Source: Perkinsus olseni
Taxonomy: Eukaryota
Reading direction: 5' to 3'
Assembly: GCA_013115125.1 (NCBI GenBank)
Contig: JABANN010000291.1
Coordinates: 1 to 41,971 of the forward strand
DNA length: 41,971 bases
In this document: piece by piece, positions 10,153 to 22,480 of the stretch
Position numbering within the stretch: the stretch's first letter is position 1
Layout of the letters: each line of letters starts with the position of its first letter
Made by a program: the position numbers and the translations under genes
The notes under the pieces: model-generated
What the model saw: only the letters and a program-made list of their open reading frames with translations
Told to the model about the DNA's origin: nothing
Databases searched by the model: none

Positions 10153-12204
10153 ATGTTGGTCTCACTACGCCAACAGCGCTTCCTCACATCGCCCCGACTC
10201 CTGTTCCTAGTGGCGGTCATCACGTTCCTGGTGGCCCTTCAGTATTACTTCGGCCGCGCCCTCGATCCCCATGTAGGTGAATCTATGGTACTCCTTCCGA
10301 TGCTTCCCGCGAAGATATCTGATGGAGCGCTTGTTATCGGTCCCAGTGCGCTCTTGGCCTCGTCGCTCACCGATCCCAACAGCGGCAGACCGCAGTGGGT
10401 CGAGTACGTCGCACCGTCTGCAGGAGAGTCTGATTCGCCGTGGACCTCAATCCAGTGCCTTGCTTGGCATAGGAATAGGTCCTGTGCCTTCGACCAGATC
10501 TATTATGACAGTCAACTTGGCAACTTCGTTATCGCCTTGCCTGATGGGGAACTTGGGAACATCAAGAAAGCGCCTTATGATGGAAAAGCTTTGATGTTCG
10601 ATTCTGCGACTGACTATGATCGACATTTGGATACCGGTGTAGCGGTGACTGAAGATTCCCTGAGGGAGCTCATGAAGGGTGCTACAACCGATGCCAAGGA
10701 CCGCGATGAGGTGCCGCGTTTCCAGCCGTGTATTCAATTCTTCAAGGACAAGTCGGAATTCGCCAAGTGGCATCGCGAAAAACAGGGCTTCTTTTTCTCA
10801 TGGCTTCGTCGTGGTGATACCAAACCCGAACTCATCGACGGCGTCACGCTGCAACTCCTTATCTTCGGCCCGATGAACCCGGGCCACTTTCTTTATGACA
10901 GCCTCTACCCTGCCTGGATAACGGCAGTGCGCTTCGGTTATGCATTTTGGCCGATGAACATTTTACCAGTGGATGAGGGCGAGACGAAGGCAGCAAGAGA
11001 AACTCCTCATTGGAGTGTCCTGAAGCACTTCGGCCGTGGACAAGTGTTTCTCACGTCCGAGCTCGAAGCTGCTTCTGTGTACTCCTTCTCGAGGCTGCTA
11101 GTCGGTAGTCGTTTCATGGGTCATCGCAACCCACAGCGCAGCATGGCGATGCCTGGCTCTTACTCTTATGAAAACGCATTTTTCTTGTTCGGTCAGCGGC
11201 TCCTAGCCGGCTTCGACTTCGTACCGTGGCCGACTGAGATGTTGGAACTCGAACGAGGGCTTTCAAGTTGGGGCTGTCAAGGGGTTATCGTTGACAACAA
11301 GAGATTTGACGATGAACTCAAGGCCATGCTGATGGATATCGCCGCGAAGTCCGAGGCGCTCTTCGGTTGCGATATTACCTTTCTGCGGTGGGAGGATTAT
11401 TCCTTCCAGGAGCAGTTAGCGGTCATTGCGAGCTCTAATCTGTACATCAGCTCTACCGGAACGGGCATGACGCGGTGCCATTTGATAAGACCTGGTGGTG
11501 TTGTGGTACATCTCGGCACGATGGAGCGCCTGGGCCACCCTGAGAGGTATCAGTCAGCTTATCGCGACGTCCACTTCGCCACTGGCTCGCCACATTTGAA
11601 CTCTGTCTACTACCCTAGACGGTTATGGAACACTTACGGTAGACTACAACGCGAGGGCGTGATAGATGCCATCCAGCGAGGCGTTGAACTCTTCATGAAG
11701 CCCGTCAAGATGCCGAGACCGTATAGCGAGGGCCTCTCCCCCACCTCACTGAGCTGGGAGCGCTACTGCAATTCTACTACTGATAACTGCAGGGCCGTGG
11801 TGGAGGTTCAGAACGGCAACTTCCAGGCTGGTGAGCATAGAGCGAAAGATACTTACATGTGTGAGTACTGCTCCTGGGTTGACTTCTTCAACCTCGCCCC
11901 GATGTGGTCGCCAGTAGGCTGCCGTGATGGTGACACGATCGTCCACTGTCCGCTAGACCATCGCCTTTATGCTTCCGTCATGGACTCTGATCACGTGGCC
12001 TTCGATCCTCAATGCTATGACGCGGAAGTGGCCAAGATTCGTTCGGCGAAGGAAAGTCTGCTGAGGAAAGCTGCGGCCAAGCTGAAACCGGATTTAGATT
12101 ACAAGAACCTCACAGCGAGCGAGGCGGTGGCGGCCATGCTCCAAGTAAAGCCGCCAAACTGTCCTTTAAGGGTTCCTGCCATCCCTCCGCAGTGTGCCTG
12201 TTAA
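10153..12204 (+). CDS. Intronless type II membrane glycosyltransferase, GT61 (DUF563)-like
   Basis: 683-aa ORF from the ATG at 10153. N-terminal TM (LLFLVAVITFLVALQYYF), NPGHFLYDSLYP, and SFQEQLAVIASSNLYISSTGTGMT..LIRPGGVVVHL, matching the GT61 F.EQ......HGAGLT..F..PG..V.E pattern. Cys-rich tail. Confidence 0.75.
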   Translation: MLVSLRQQRFLTSPRLLFLVAVITFLVALQYYFGRALDPHVGESMVLLPMLPAKISDGALVIGPSALLASSLTDPNSGRPQWVEYVAPSAGESDSPWTSIQCLAWHRNRSCAFDQIYYDSQLGNFVIALPDGELGNIKKAPYDGKALMFDSATDYDRHLDTGVAVTEDSLRELMKGATTDAKDRDEVPRFQPCIQFFKDKSEFAKWHREKQGFFFSWLRRGDTKPELIDGVTLQLLIFGPMNPGHFLYDSLYPAWITAVRFGYAFWPMNILPVDEGETKAARETPHWSVLKHFGRGQVFLTSELEAASVYSFSRLLVGSRFMGHRNPQRSMAMPGSYSYENAFFLFGQRLLAGFDFVPWPTEMLELERGLSSWGCQGVIVDNKRFDDELKAMLMDIAAKSEALFGCDITFLRWEDYSFQEQLAVIASSNLYISSTGTGMTRCHLIRPGGVVVHLGTMERLGHPERYQSAYRDVHFATGSPHLNSVYYPRRLWNTYGRLQREGVIDAIQRGVELFMKPVKMPRPYSEGLSPTSLSWERYCNSTTDNCRAVVEVQNGNFQAGEHRAKDTYMCEYCSWVDFFNLAPMWSPVGCRDGDTIVHCPLDHRLYASVMDSDHVAFDPQCYDAEVAKIRSAKESLLRKAAAKLKPDLDYKNLTASEAVAAMLQVKPPNCPLRVPAIPPQCAC

Positions 12205-12429
12205 TATCGTCGTCTGCTTAATACCATAATTCGCTCGCATCAAGGAAAGTTATGTGGGGAAGGCTGACTTAGGGCCACTCGGCACAGCTGCTGGGCCCGG
12301 TTTTCATTTCAAGTTGTGTATCATTACGCTTCCGGCTTCTTCCCGTCGCTTCATACGTTTTCATATTTTATTATTAATTGAAAGCTACAGGCGATCTGTT
12401 GAGTGTCAGTACGTCGTTGCACGAAGGGC

Positions 12430-14900
12430 GGCAAGGCTTGGCGCTTCGACCTGTGATCATCGTGGACAAGGCCAATCAGGGTTCGCATGACATCACCATA
12501 GATCAGCTCAATTACGCCCGTACGAAAGTACTTCTCTTGAAGGAAACAGCCGGTTAACGGTTTGTCGGGTAACTCTCGGCGACTCTCTCTTCTATGTATC
12601 AGACCTTCACCGGCATGTGTGAGTTTGAAGTCCAGCGCCGACAGTACGACTTAGTCAGACTGGTCCCGACGTACCTTTGCGTGGGGATCTGTTAAGCCTG
12701 TTAAATAGGGTCTGGTCATGAAAAGAAATGTTGCTGTCAAAGCGAAGTCATCGTCAGCCGGGGTCCCTGCAGAACTGCAAGGGCTGGTCGCACAATGCTC
12801 GCCGAACTGATTCACGGAGCGTACTGGTGAAGACTTGATCGGTTATTCTCGTTAGTATTGGCTGGGAGAATGCCCGGCAGTACTGGAGAACTGTGTTTAG
12901 TCGTGATACTGCGATATTATCCGCCGCCTTACACTCCGCAATCAATGAACTAATCCTGAAACTTGGAATCGATTCTGTGTTTCAGAGTTACATAATTGAA
13001 CACTATCACACCGCGGGAGAGTCTTGTACCGAGCACGGCTATGTCCAGCCTTGCCTGTACTACCATAAAGATATAGGACCTCTCCCGGTAGAGATCTCAC
13101 CGATACATGCCGGATAGAGAATGATGAAGAGTTCCTGCATTAGTATTGATGCAACGCATTTGATGATGATGCCATGTTTTTGCAGTTTTCCTATCAGAAT
13201 TTCCACGGGCCGCGGCCATGGCCGGCACCGCGAGCGATTCGGATAAAATTGACTACGATGACCATCCATTCACCATCCTCAGCGTAGAGGACAGTATTCT
13301 GCGCTTGCCCTTTTATATGGGCGAGGAACTCGCCGATGAGTCGACTGACGACCCTAGAGGCTCTGGGGTGGAGCTATCCCTTATGGACGTTACTACTGGT
13401 GAGAGTCGTAATTAAACGATCATCGCCCCACACGCTGAATGGTTCCTGCGAGTTTACAGTCCTTTACGCTCTTGCCGATACGCTGAGTAAGGGGCTCTTT
13501 GTTTCGAGGACTAAGGGCTCACAGACGTTATAGGAGTCGTGGGGGCAGTGGTGACTGAGTTTATAGTCCAACGACTACGGTTCCGGCGTAGTTAGTCTCT
13601 TGCCGATGGGCTCAGTTAGGAGCCACTTGTTACCGTCCGAGAAAATGACAATTCGTAAAAACATGTATTGTAGCAGTTTGTATTGCGAATGAGAATCGAA
13701 ATTGCGTTTTCGTCATTCCGCCGGTTCGTCATTCGCGACTGGCCTGATACTTGACTCCGAAATGATGCCAACTGAAAGGCGAATTCTTTACCAATTCATG
13801 GTTCAGTGTTCTACAAAATCGTTTCTTCTATCAGGTGACCGCGTTACCTATCCGGGCCGAGGCAACCGCTGTGAGCACTTGGAGATTGTCGATCTGATGA
13901 ATAGCGTTCGACCAGCTCGAACTCTCGTGGACGCCGAGGTAGTACTAGTAGCAGCCATCTCTCGTCCTACACCCGCTTGCCTCCAGACACTGGAGCTGTC
14001 GCCGCCCTGGAGGTGCCCTAGATGTGAGCAAGTTTACAACTGCTGTTCTGATCTTGAGGTTGATGAGTGGTTGCAGAGGATACTTCAACAGGTGAGATTT
14101 TAATAATTTACAGTAATTGAAATTATCAGTTTCCGATTTTTTTTCATTTTAATTCTTTATGTAATATTCGTATTGGTCGCTTAATTAATATTATTCTTCA
14201 ATATTCAGCCAAGGGTAACACAGGCATCGAGTCGTGTTGTTGTCCCACGGCTCTTCGATAGCTTTGCTAGTTCTGATTTGGGCAGATTTCTCTATCGGTT
14301 CTGATGGCGCGCCATCAGGTATCCTGAAACTCTCTATCTTATAGTGTTCTTTTTTCCTGTAGAATCGGTCACGCGAGGGTGATGACATCGGGCAAACTCT
14401 GCCGCGATGAAATCTCTCCTGCAGTGTTTCTGTCGCTCAAGGAGGGCATACGGTCGCCTAGAACAGCCACCGTCGCGTCGATTCTATCTCGAGAATTTTT
14501 ATAGTGCGGTGGTGGGGAATCTCAGACAACGGACACGTCGGTACGACTCTACCTGGACGGATCTTGGGCGGATTCAGCCGGCTTGTATGTGATCGGGGAC
14601 GGCAGTGCTGAGAAGGTTGATCTCACCACGGACTCTGCGGATGAATCTCCAGAGCCTCAGCCCAAGCGACGACGAGGAGCTGAGTAAGGAGCTTGCTGGT
14701 ATCTATGAATCTTCGCTGTGCGCAACCTTCGCCCTCGAAAGAATTTTATGACACTGCACGAAGCAAGATGCCTGGTACGGTGCCTGCTACTTTTGGTCAG
14801 GTCCGACGAGCAGACACCCGAGGTTGATTTAACGTCCTCCAATGGCGATGATGATGCGCCGAGAGAGGCCATCGTCGATTTGGATTCAGACGACGACTGA
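12430..14900 (+). CDS. SP-RING (zf-MIZ) SUMO E3 ligase-like protein (5' end approximate)
   Basis: Spliced VELSLMDVTT|GDRVTYPGRGNRCEHLEIVDL...|PPWRCPRCEQVYNCCSDLEVDEWLQRILQQ. C-terminal SIM-like KVDLTTDS, EVDLTSS and IVDLDSDDD*. Confidence 0.75.
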
Positions 14901-14999
14901 GTTTCTCATCCACCGGCCCGCGTTTCGAGGGGGGCAGTGATCGGCGGCTCCTGCCTGCAGTCGAGTAGATTATCCTAGTTTTCACTCTTGCGGATTCCC

Positions 15000-16838
15000 A
15001 TGGCGGTAGATAGCTCTTCGACCCCTTCTCAACCACCAGGGTCGGTCCGCGTGCCTTCGACGGCTGAAAGAAGTCTCATTGACCTTACCAAAAGATACGA
15101 TATCATTCTCGGTGGGTCCCGTCGCCCTTCTCTGTCAACTAGCGTATCTCATTTGATATCGTCTCATGCAGTCCTGCTTGCCGAAATCGTTGAAATATTG
15201 TAGTATTATCATATTACTATGCTGTACCATCGGTACAGTGGTAATTCAATCGGTTGATGAAGCCCACTGTAGATGAGTAATCGCTACTACTGCTACCTAC
15301 GTCGGAACCCAGCCCTTCGCAGAACGCCCTACACGACTCACTGGCTTCTCCCTTTTGGGCCTGATAGCCGACCGAGCTGCAGTCGTTCAGGTAGCAGTTC
15401 GAAATGGCGACGGACCGTCCTGGAGGCCAGCGGCTGTCGATGCGTGGACGTTATATCACCCGACATCGATGAGAAGAGCATTCGCGGCAGCACTCCCTTG
15501 GTGAGCCCCTACCCGCCGTGGACGCCCGATGTGTCGTTGGCAGGAAACAACGTACAAGATCACCGAGGAGAAGGCTGATGCTATCATGGACAGGATCGGC
15601 GACAAGGGCTGGACGGGCCTGTTGGTTTGCTCCGATCAGGTGGGCTATAACCAACCATGACTGGCAAGGGACTCTGTGAAGCCTAGGGACCGTTCACAAG
15701 ACGATTGATGCATAGACACAAACCATTACCGGTTACCATATGATACTGTACAAGTAACTTTACGAAATTTTGCATTTTACATTTTTTAAAATTCTGATGT
15801 CTAAATCTTTTCCATTAGTCAAAATTGTGGAATACAATAGTAATTGATGATTGAATCTTCACGTCAGCATAAGTGTAGAATCTTGCTCTCTTGCCATTTC
15901 GCAACGGTGAAAATCTGACGCGAGGGCAGCTACCGTTTTCAATTCCAAGGTATCAGTTTGTGACGGAGAATGCCGAGAGAAGCCGGAGACTGTCGAGGAG
16001 GCACGAAGGTAGCAAGACAGTCGTTGATACCGCACCCTCCCCGCTTGATGGAAGGAAGCAGGTTCATCCACTCCTATACCGATGAAGGCCTTCCTGTGTC
16101 AACCGTCTCCACGATGGTTGTTGTTGATATAGAGACCGGCCGACGAGCGTATGGCAACCATGAGGCGACTGTCCGGTAAGTGGCCGTGCTCGTCCATCAT
16201 CCATTGGTCTCGCCGTTCTGGCTGGCGTCATGCCGTCGTACGTTGACTTCACGCGTTACCGATCTTATCATAGGATAATTTGATATGATATAGAATAGGT
16301 GAAGGTGTTGAATGGTATTATACACTATTGTCTTCTCGCGCTACGTCATCTGTTGTTAGCCCTCCACAATTCCCCGTCATCATGGCATCGGTCCATGCGC
16401 GGCTGTCTCTATTTTAGTCTATTAATACGTCTATTCATTACTGATAATTTTAATAATATCCAAGTTCAATTATATTTTTATCTTCATTTCACTGTAGTTT
16501 TACTAACTTATTATTAAGATATGTATTATTTTGATAATCTTTAATTATTAATTATCAGTATAAACTAGTAAATAAACAATCTGTAGGTTCGCCCCCATCC
16601 CCCCGGCTGTCGTTGATCGTCTGGTTGAGCCTGGTTACCCTATCTACACTTGTTCCGGTGGCTTCTCGATAGACGATCCTATCATGGGCCAGGTGAGAAT
16701 CTTTGCACGCACAGCGAAGATTTTCTTTCTCAGTACTGCACGAGCGTCGAAGGAGGTGTGGATGCCGTCATGGGGATGCCCCTCGGCCTCCTCGAGAAGC
16801 TCATCGTCGAAGTCACTTCCGATACCCCAGCCGAGTGA
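15000..16838 (+). CDS. Maf-family nucleotide pyrophosphatase, YceF (m7GTP) type
   Basis: IILG|SSSKWRR...PDIDEKSIR, KADAI...LVCSDQ, REKPETVEEARR|FIHSY, YTCSGGFSIDDP, EGGVDAVMGMPL. The W in SKWRR and the SDQ are YceF-type signatures. Confidence 0.92.
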
Positions 16839-16875
16839 ATTCAAGTTTCGAGCGCTTACTAGTTTCCGGGTTCAG

Positions 16876-19800
16876 ATGGTGGGAATTCTCCTCGCGGCGG
16901 CATTTGCTAGTAAACAATGAACATCCGCCTTCCTCGGTTTCTCTCGACAGCGGTCGGGCAGTATACCGCCACATCCGGATCGCTGCTGCTGCGGTGTCGA
17001 GCTGGTCTCGAGAAGATCCTCGCTGGAGAAGTCAGTCGGTGTGTTACACAGTCCATGTCCATCATCATTGACTGTATAGGTGAACGCGCTATTAGCCCCC
17101 CTAAAGAAGAGGAATAAGGGGACGGGTGGTACTGGCGGCCTCGTAGTCATATCCAACTCGGGCGAGGTCGAATTTCGTTGGCCCACCCCGGAAGCCGTCG
17201 AACTTTTATCACAGAAGTAGCCCTCAGGTCTCTCTCCTGTAACTAAAGGGTTTTCCCGCCACAGGTGTCGAGTGGCTCAGTCCATCTCCCAGAGGGTAGC
17301 CCCAGGATCGTCTCCGAGCTCACCAGCTTACTTCCCCTGTACAAGCCTCGATGAACTGATTGATCGGCTGGGTACAGGGCCGCTGTCAGAGGTAGGCTGC
17401 TGCTGCTGCTGCTCGTCGGAGACTACCCAAGAAGCTGCTACCTTCATCTAATTGCTGTTTTCTCACCCACTCTCGCCTTCATCGGGCCTAGAAATGAGAA
17501 GGATGAGAATGATCTCGTTTGATAATATTGACACAAATAATCTCTGCTGTGTTGCGTCTCGGTGGCAGCTGCCTACAATACTGAGCGTTTTTGCCTGAGG
17601 GGCTCACATCAGTAAGCGCTTCGTGCTTGCTTGTGACTCTATCTAAACCATGTGAAAGTTCATCTCCAAACTCTTATGAGTCTGCGAAAAACGAAAATTA
17701 TTCGGAATTAGTTTCGAAGAAAAATACAGTTTGAATACAACTGCTGTTTGTCTAGGTTCTTCGTGAGAGGAAGGCCTTCATCTCCCGAGTAACCAGTGAT
17801 GACTCTAAGCTCGATGGGGGACCTGCTGTGGTCCACAAGCTGAACGCTGCACTAGCACTGACGACCGAGGTAGCCGCTCCGTCCCTTCTACTGCATCATG
17901 AAGTGCTCTGAAGTCACTAACCGTAACGTCGGGATGCCCTCCGAAAGGGCAGATTGTACCGTTGATTCTACTCAAGTCGGTTCTTGCTCGGCCTGGCTCG
18001 GTCGTCTCTGTTGATAGGTCACTAACGGTGCGCCAGTGATGATAGACGTCTCAGACGACATGTGCTCTGTCGAGTACATTAGACGAGATGAATCAACGAC
18101 AAGGCCGTGGCTGGACGACTCCCCACCCACTGTCACTGTAGAGGAGAAGCCACTTCGACAACCTAGCTGGAGTACCATCGGACCTGGCACAAGTCCATCT
18201 CCCAGACGACGGCCCCATCGACAGCCGTATAGAGGGGTCATTCCGCCGCCCACTGTAGCAGCGGCTGCTGTTCTTAAGTACGCGTCACCACCAACAAGGG
18301 CATCCGCCGGTTAGTCTTATCGATTCAGGACCAGTATACTCTCGATCCTTTCCCGAACCCCCGCCAATCGGGCTGCTACTGAAGATGTTCTCGTTTGGGA
18401 CCCCTTCTGTGGACAGGGTAGGTCCTCGGGGCTCGTCTATCAGGGGCGTGTGCCTAGCTCTGATTTTCTCCCAGATTTCCTAAGCAGGCAAGGCAACCCG
18501 CATGAACGCTCCAGTAGAGCCGCATCATGCTGAGGAACTACCATTCGCGATCTGCCTCTAGACTGGAACCATCCCTGTATTCCTTTTCTCTACAGGCACG
18601 CTCATGCTGGAGTTTGCCTCGGTGGTGCTGGGAGTACCTCTGTCCGCTGCAACAGAAGTGAAGGCTACGCCCCATGCCAACGCCCATAGGCTGCAATTTA
18701 TCGCCACTGATCCCCTCGAAGAAAACGTAACCGCAGCGCGGACTAACCTAGCGAAGTGAGTGTGTTGCAAATAGGGGTCGGTAACGAATCTGAATCGTTG
18801 ATAGCATGAAACCTTGTTTCAATCGTTACTTCGGGGTCATTGGGGTTGCTTTATATCGCTTCCGGAGAGCCGTTTGCATCAGTTTTCTATCAGAAACTAT
18901 AAGAGTTTTCAATACCAACTTTTTCGGTGACGATATGGTCACACGATATGCCTTTGTATATGGACTACTATCAATAGTGTCATTGCATAGTCCGATGGCC
19001 GTTAATCGCTCACTTGTACGTTGCTTCAGATTCTCGACGTACTGTCAACCATGGTTCCCTCCTCGATCGATGACCAATGCTCGCAATTCATCACCCTCAG
19101 CAGCGCCTCACTATGGTGGCCGAAAAATTAAGCGGGACGCTCTCCGGCACGAGGAGGTCGATTCAAATGTGTAGCTCCCTAATGCAGTGACATTCTTTCT
19201 TCGACTACGGTTTCCGTCGGCAATAGTTCGCCAACGACGATGAGGGTGCCTTCCTCCCCGGTGTACGTAAAATGTCCACAAGTTGCCGTGCTCAGGTCTG
19301 CCGAGGATGAGCTGTTGAGCCAGGCGGAGGCGAGCTCGAGTCCCGCCAGGCCTGTGGGGTCAGACCCGCGGTCCTTCTCGACGGACGAGGATAAGTCCTG
19401 GAACTTACCAATACGCTTCTCAATAAACCAGGCACCGTTCCACAGCGTGAGTCCAAAGCAACAGCAATAGTAGTATTCCGCTGGACAGGTCCTCCCGCAT
19501 ATTCAGGGCCCGATGATAATTACTCATATACACTCACAGAGGTAGGCCAGGGTTACCTCGCCCCAGCTTCATAGAGATACTTCTCGCCGCCAGTCTTCTG
19601 CTAGTGAAGACGACATCCTTTGCCGTCTCCCAGTTATCACTGCGCTCGAAGGGAGGTCGTCAAACCGTATAGACTCCAGTAGATGCCTCATCGCGACGAA
19701 TGCCCAATTACATCAGCCATCTAGCCCAGTAGTTGTCGTGCCACACCCTTGGGAGCCTCTTCTCTTACCGTGGTGGTCCAACTTGCCCACAATGGCGATC

Positions 19801-20171
19801 CGGCCGGTGATCGATTTCTCAGGTTTGCGACTCATCAAGGCATCAAGATGTTCCAGACCTTCGGTCATCTGGTCGGCTCGAGAAACGACTGGGCAGGGGT
19901 GTACGTCCTAACGGACTCTAAAGCGTTCCAGTAAGTTCCCGCAAACATCCGTGAGCGCCGCAGCGATGCAGTCCAAAAAATCCACCGCTCTCCATTCACG
20001 GGATACAGTACCAATATGTGATTCTTCCGTATTAGGACGTACTCGCGTCTCGTCTGGGAGACCCAATTTGAGATACAGACTTCGTCCGATAGCAAAATGC
20101 GGCTACTCCGATGGACCGGCCTCAGAAGGGGTGAAGCGGCAGCTACCTCTTCGGTCAAGCAATCCCGATAG
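16876..20171 (+). CDS. THUMP-domain SAM-dependent RNA methyltransferase (RlmL/UPF0020-like)
   Basis: Spliced LLRCRAGLEKILAGE|V...GEVEF...CRVAQSI...F.CTSLDEL (THUMP-like). PPTVAAAAVLK|...VWDPFCGQG|TLMLEFA matches the RlmL DPxCGSGT motif, followed by IATDPLEENVTAARTNL. Ends LLRWTG...KQSR*. Confidence 0.8.
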
Positions 20172-20804
20172 TTGCGGCACGTCGAGCATTTTTCTGAATT
20201 CATTGTTTCTGTCCTACTGGGTTCCGAGTTCTCATGATGAAAGTCTCCTAAGAGGGAAGAATTCTCGTTTGAATGCCCAAGTTTATGCGGCTCCCGCTAA
20301 GCGAAATCAACTTGTAGATCATCGGTGATCTAACGTGCCACATTTCCATTCGGGTTTGGATTTTATCGTTGGTCCACTGGGTTTGGGTTTTCGAACGTGA
20401 GCGACTTTCCCTACTGTCCTCTGGACAAGATGCCACGGTGGGAAATAAAGGTTCAACCTCTTCTGCTCCGGCATCGGTTAACTCACTGTACCCACCCAAA
20501 GCATCGCTAACTCGACTCTCCCGTCCCTTGGCTGCAGAGAACCGGATCATTGAGCGACCACGTGTATCCCGGAGCTTATCGCAGAAATTGAGTTGCCCGT
20601 AGAGAGCGGCGTGGAAGCATATCACAGTGCCGTATATTCAATATGCGGCATTGCATTCAATTTGAATAATAAGACCTCGCTCGAACCTCCGTCGAGCCAC
20701 TTACAAAACAAACACGACCGCAGAATTAAACAACATCATAACCAACAACAACATGCTGTTGTGTCGCAGTGTCTTGTTCGGCCCTCTTCCTCCCGCCGTC
20801 AAGA

Positions 20805-21813
20805 TCAGGGAGGGTACATGTAAAGGTAGATGCTCGAGTGGTATCCATCTGAGGAGCCAGGGAATCGGATAGCGCTTTCGTGTCCCCTCATCAAATCCGT
20901 GAGCTAGCCATAAGGCCCAGCGTTCATTGCCCCTCAAAAGAAGCCGTCGTATTGCCGATTGTTAACATCTTTAGTATTCAGAATCCGTGAGTTCCAGATC
21001 AGACACAAGATGGGAGGTAACTCACAGTCGATATAAGTGAAGTTTGCCTTCTTGTAGAGCTTAATAGCGGGATTGTTCGTCGGGCCGACAATTAAGTATC
21101 CCGCCATAACATCTGGTCGCTTCTCACGGACCTGACGCCGCAGGAGAGTTCCTCAGAAGACACCAGCGTGGAAATTGCGTGCCTCCCATGGGACTGTGCT
21201 TACATTTTCGAGTGCTTTCGTGAGCATGGTACTCCCGACACGCTTCTTCTGCCATGCTAGAGTGACTTCTATACGCCGTATTTAATAAACCACCGTGGCA
21301 TCGTCCCCTTCTGTCATGTTCCTAAGGCAGAGAGTCTTCATGTTCCGCCGGCAGTTGAAAGGACCAGTCATACTACACCACCTCTTAATCCGTCGGCCTG
21401 AAACGCAGTCGGCTATATAATTGACATTACATTGCAGAGAGAACACCGTCAGGCACACTATCCAAGCTTAAGGTGGTCCATAGTACTTTGCCGACGACAC
21501 CCTGAGGGAGCATCGTGTATTCAACATCACATGCAGAGACGGACACCACGCAGGTCCACAGGAGAGTACCCACCATGCCATGTTGCACTTTCGGATCAAC
21601 CGCGACGAAGATCTGGTAGGAGCCGGTAATGAGCAAAGGGCGATAATCTATCGTATCGCCCTCTCTTGCTGGTCTATATATGAGCTCAGAAGCATTGGAA
21701 CTGCGAGATGGGTTGGCAGCCAGTAGGTTGGGAGGCTTTGCCGGGTTCGATTACAGCACGAGAGCAGACAGAACACCAGAATGTATCAAGCTTGCGTAGT
21801 TGATTAATCTCAT
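20805..21813 (-). pseudogene. GNAT acetyltransferase paralog with in-frame stops
   Basis: ASELIYRPAREGD..YQIFVAVDPK, WQKKRVGSTMLTKALE and NNPAIKLYKKANF match the genes at 30523 and 32289. In-frame TAA at 21751-21753 and 21282-21284. Confidence 0.75.
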
Positions 21814-22480
21814 TGAAAACGGAACTCGGTTGGTGCAACCCATTCGGTTGGTAAGATTGAGTCACTCCGATGGTGTGCCCCTGTTCAATGAAATAATTTT
21901 GGAACTTAAAATCTATGCTGAAATTGACTGTTACACGTCAACTGCGGTGCTAAAATGAAAACAGAATTGCTTTAGTGAACGACTTCGTGTTCGTTCGAGT
22001 TTCCGTGGCGGGCGAATCTCCTCGCCGTGGAATCCTCAAGATTGTGTACTGTACCAGTAAGCGCGTCACATTGCTTACTACTAGCTCGTGCAGCTCATTC
22101 GGCGAAGTCATCTACAATTTGCTCAGTTATGAGAGAATATCAACAGCCATCCGGTCTTTATCAGGACGACTCATCTGCAGCCTGCTAGGCCAGAAGACGC
22201 AAGTCTTCCGTCCTCGCCACAACTCCGCGGAGATAGGTTTCGCCGTTGCCTTCTTTGCAAACTCTCCCCTTTCCTCGAATTCCTGCTATTCCGCCATTCT
22301 TTGCCCAAGCGTCAAGACGTGTCTCAACCGAATACGACCCCACAACACGTTGGTATGCTGCTAATAGTATGCCCAATTTCACATTCGACACGTTAACCAA
22401 ATGATTCTGTATCTCAAAAACTAGTTCAACGAAAGCCCGTAAATGGTTAGGAAAAATGACTCTCAGGACACGACGCGAAT

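Noticed and set aside
16410-16580. Very AT-rich tract as origin or foreign DNA
   Set aside because: Lies inside a Maf intron; similar low-complexity intron tracts occur at ~14100-14195 and ~25320-25410.
18310-18328. 19-nt intron
   Set aside because: A 51-nt intron (18278-18328) puts the DPFCGQG motif in frame, whereas the 19-nt version does not.
19712-19730. Spliced-leader relic (cagccatctagcccag)
   Set aside because: Only a partial match to the perkinsid SL, inside a gene and not before a start codon; a similarly weak hit lies at ~20903.
20248-20755. Small secreted protein gene on the minus strand (MLLLVMMLFNSAVVFV...), and a similar candidate at ~33192 on the plus strand
   Set aside because: Could not build a consistent spliced model or find a domain.
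21282-21753. TAA codon reassignment
   Set aside because: TAA is the evident terminator of genes ending at 5121, 12204 and 24723, and intact genes lack internal TAA.
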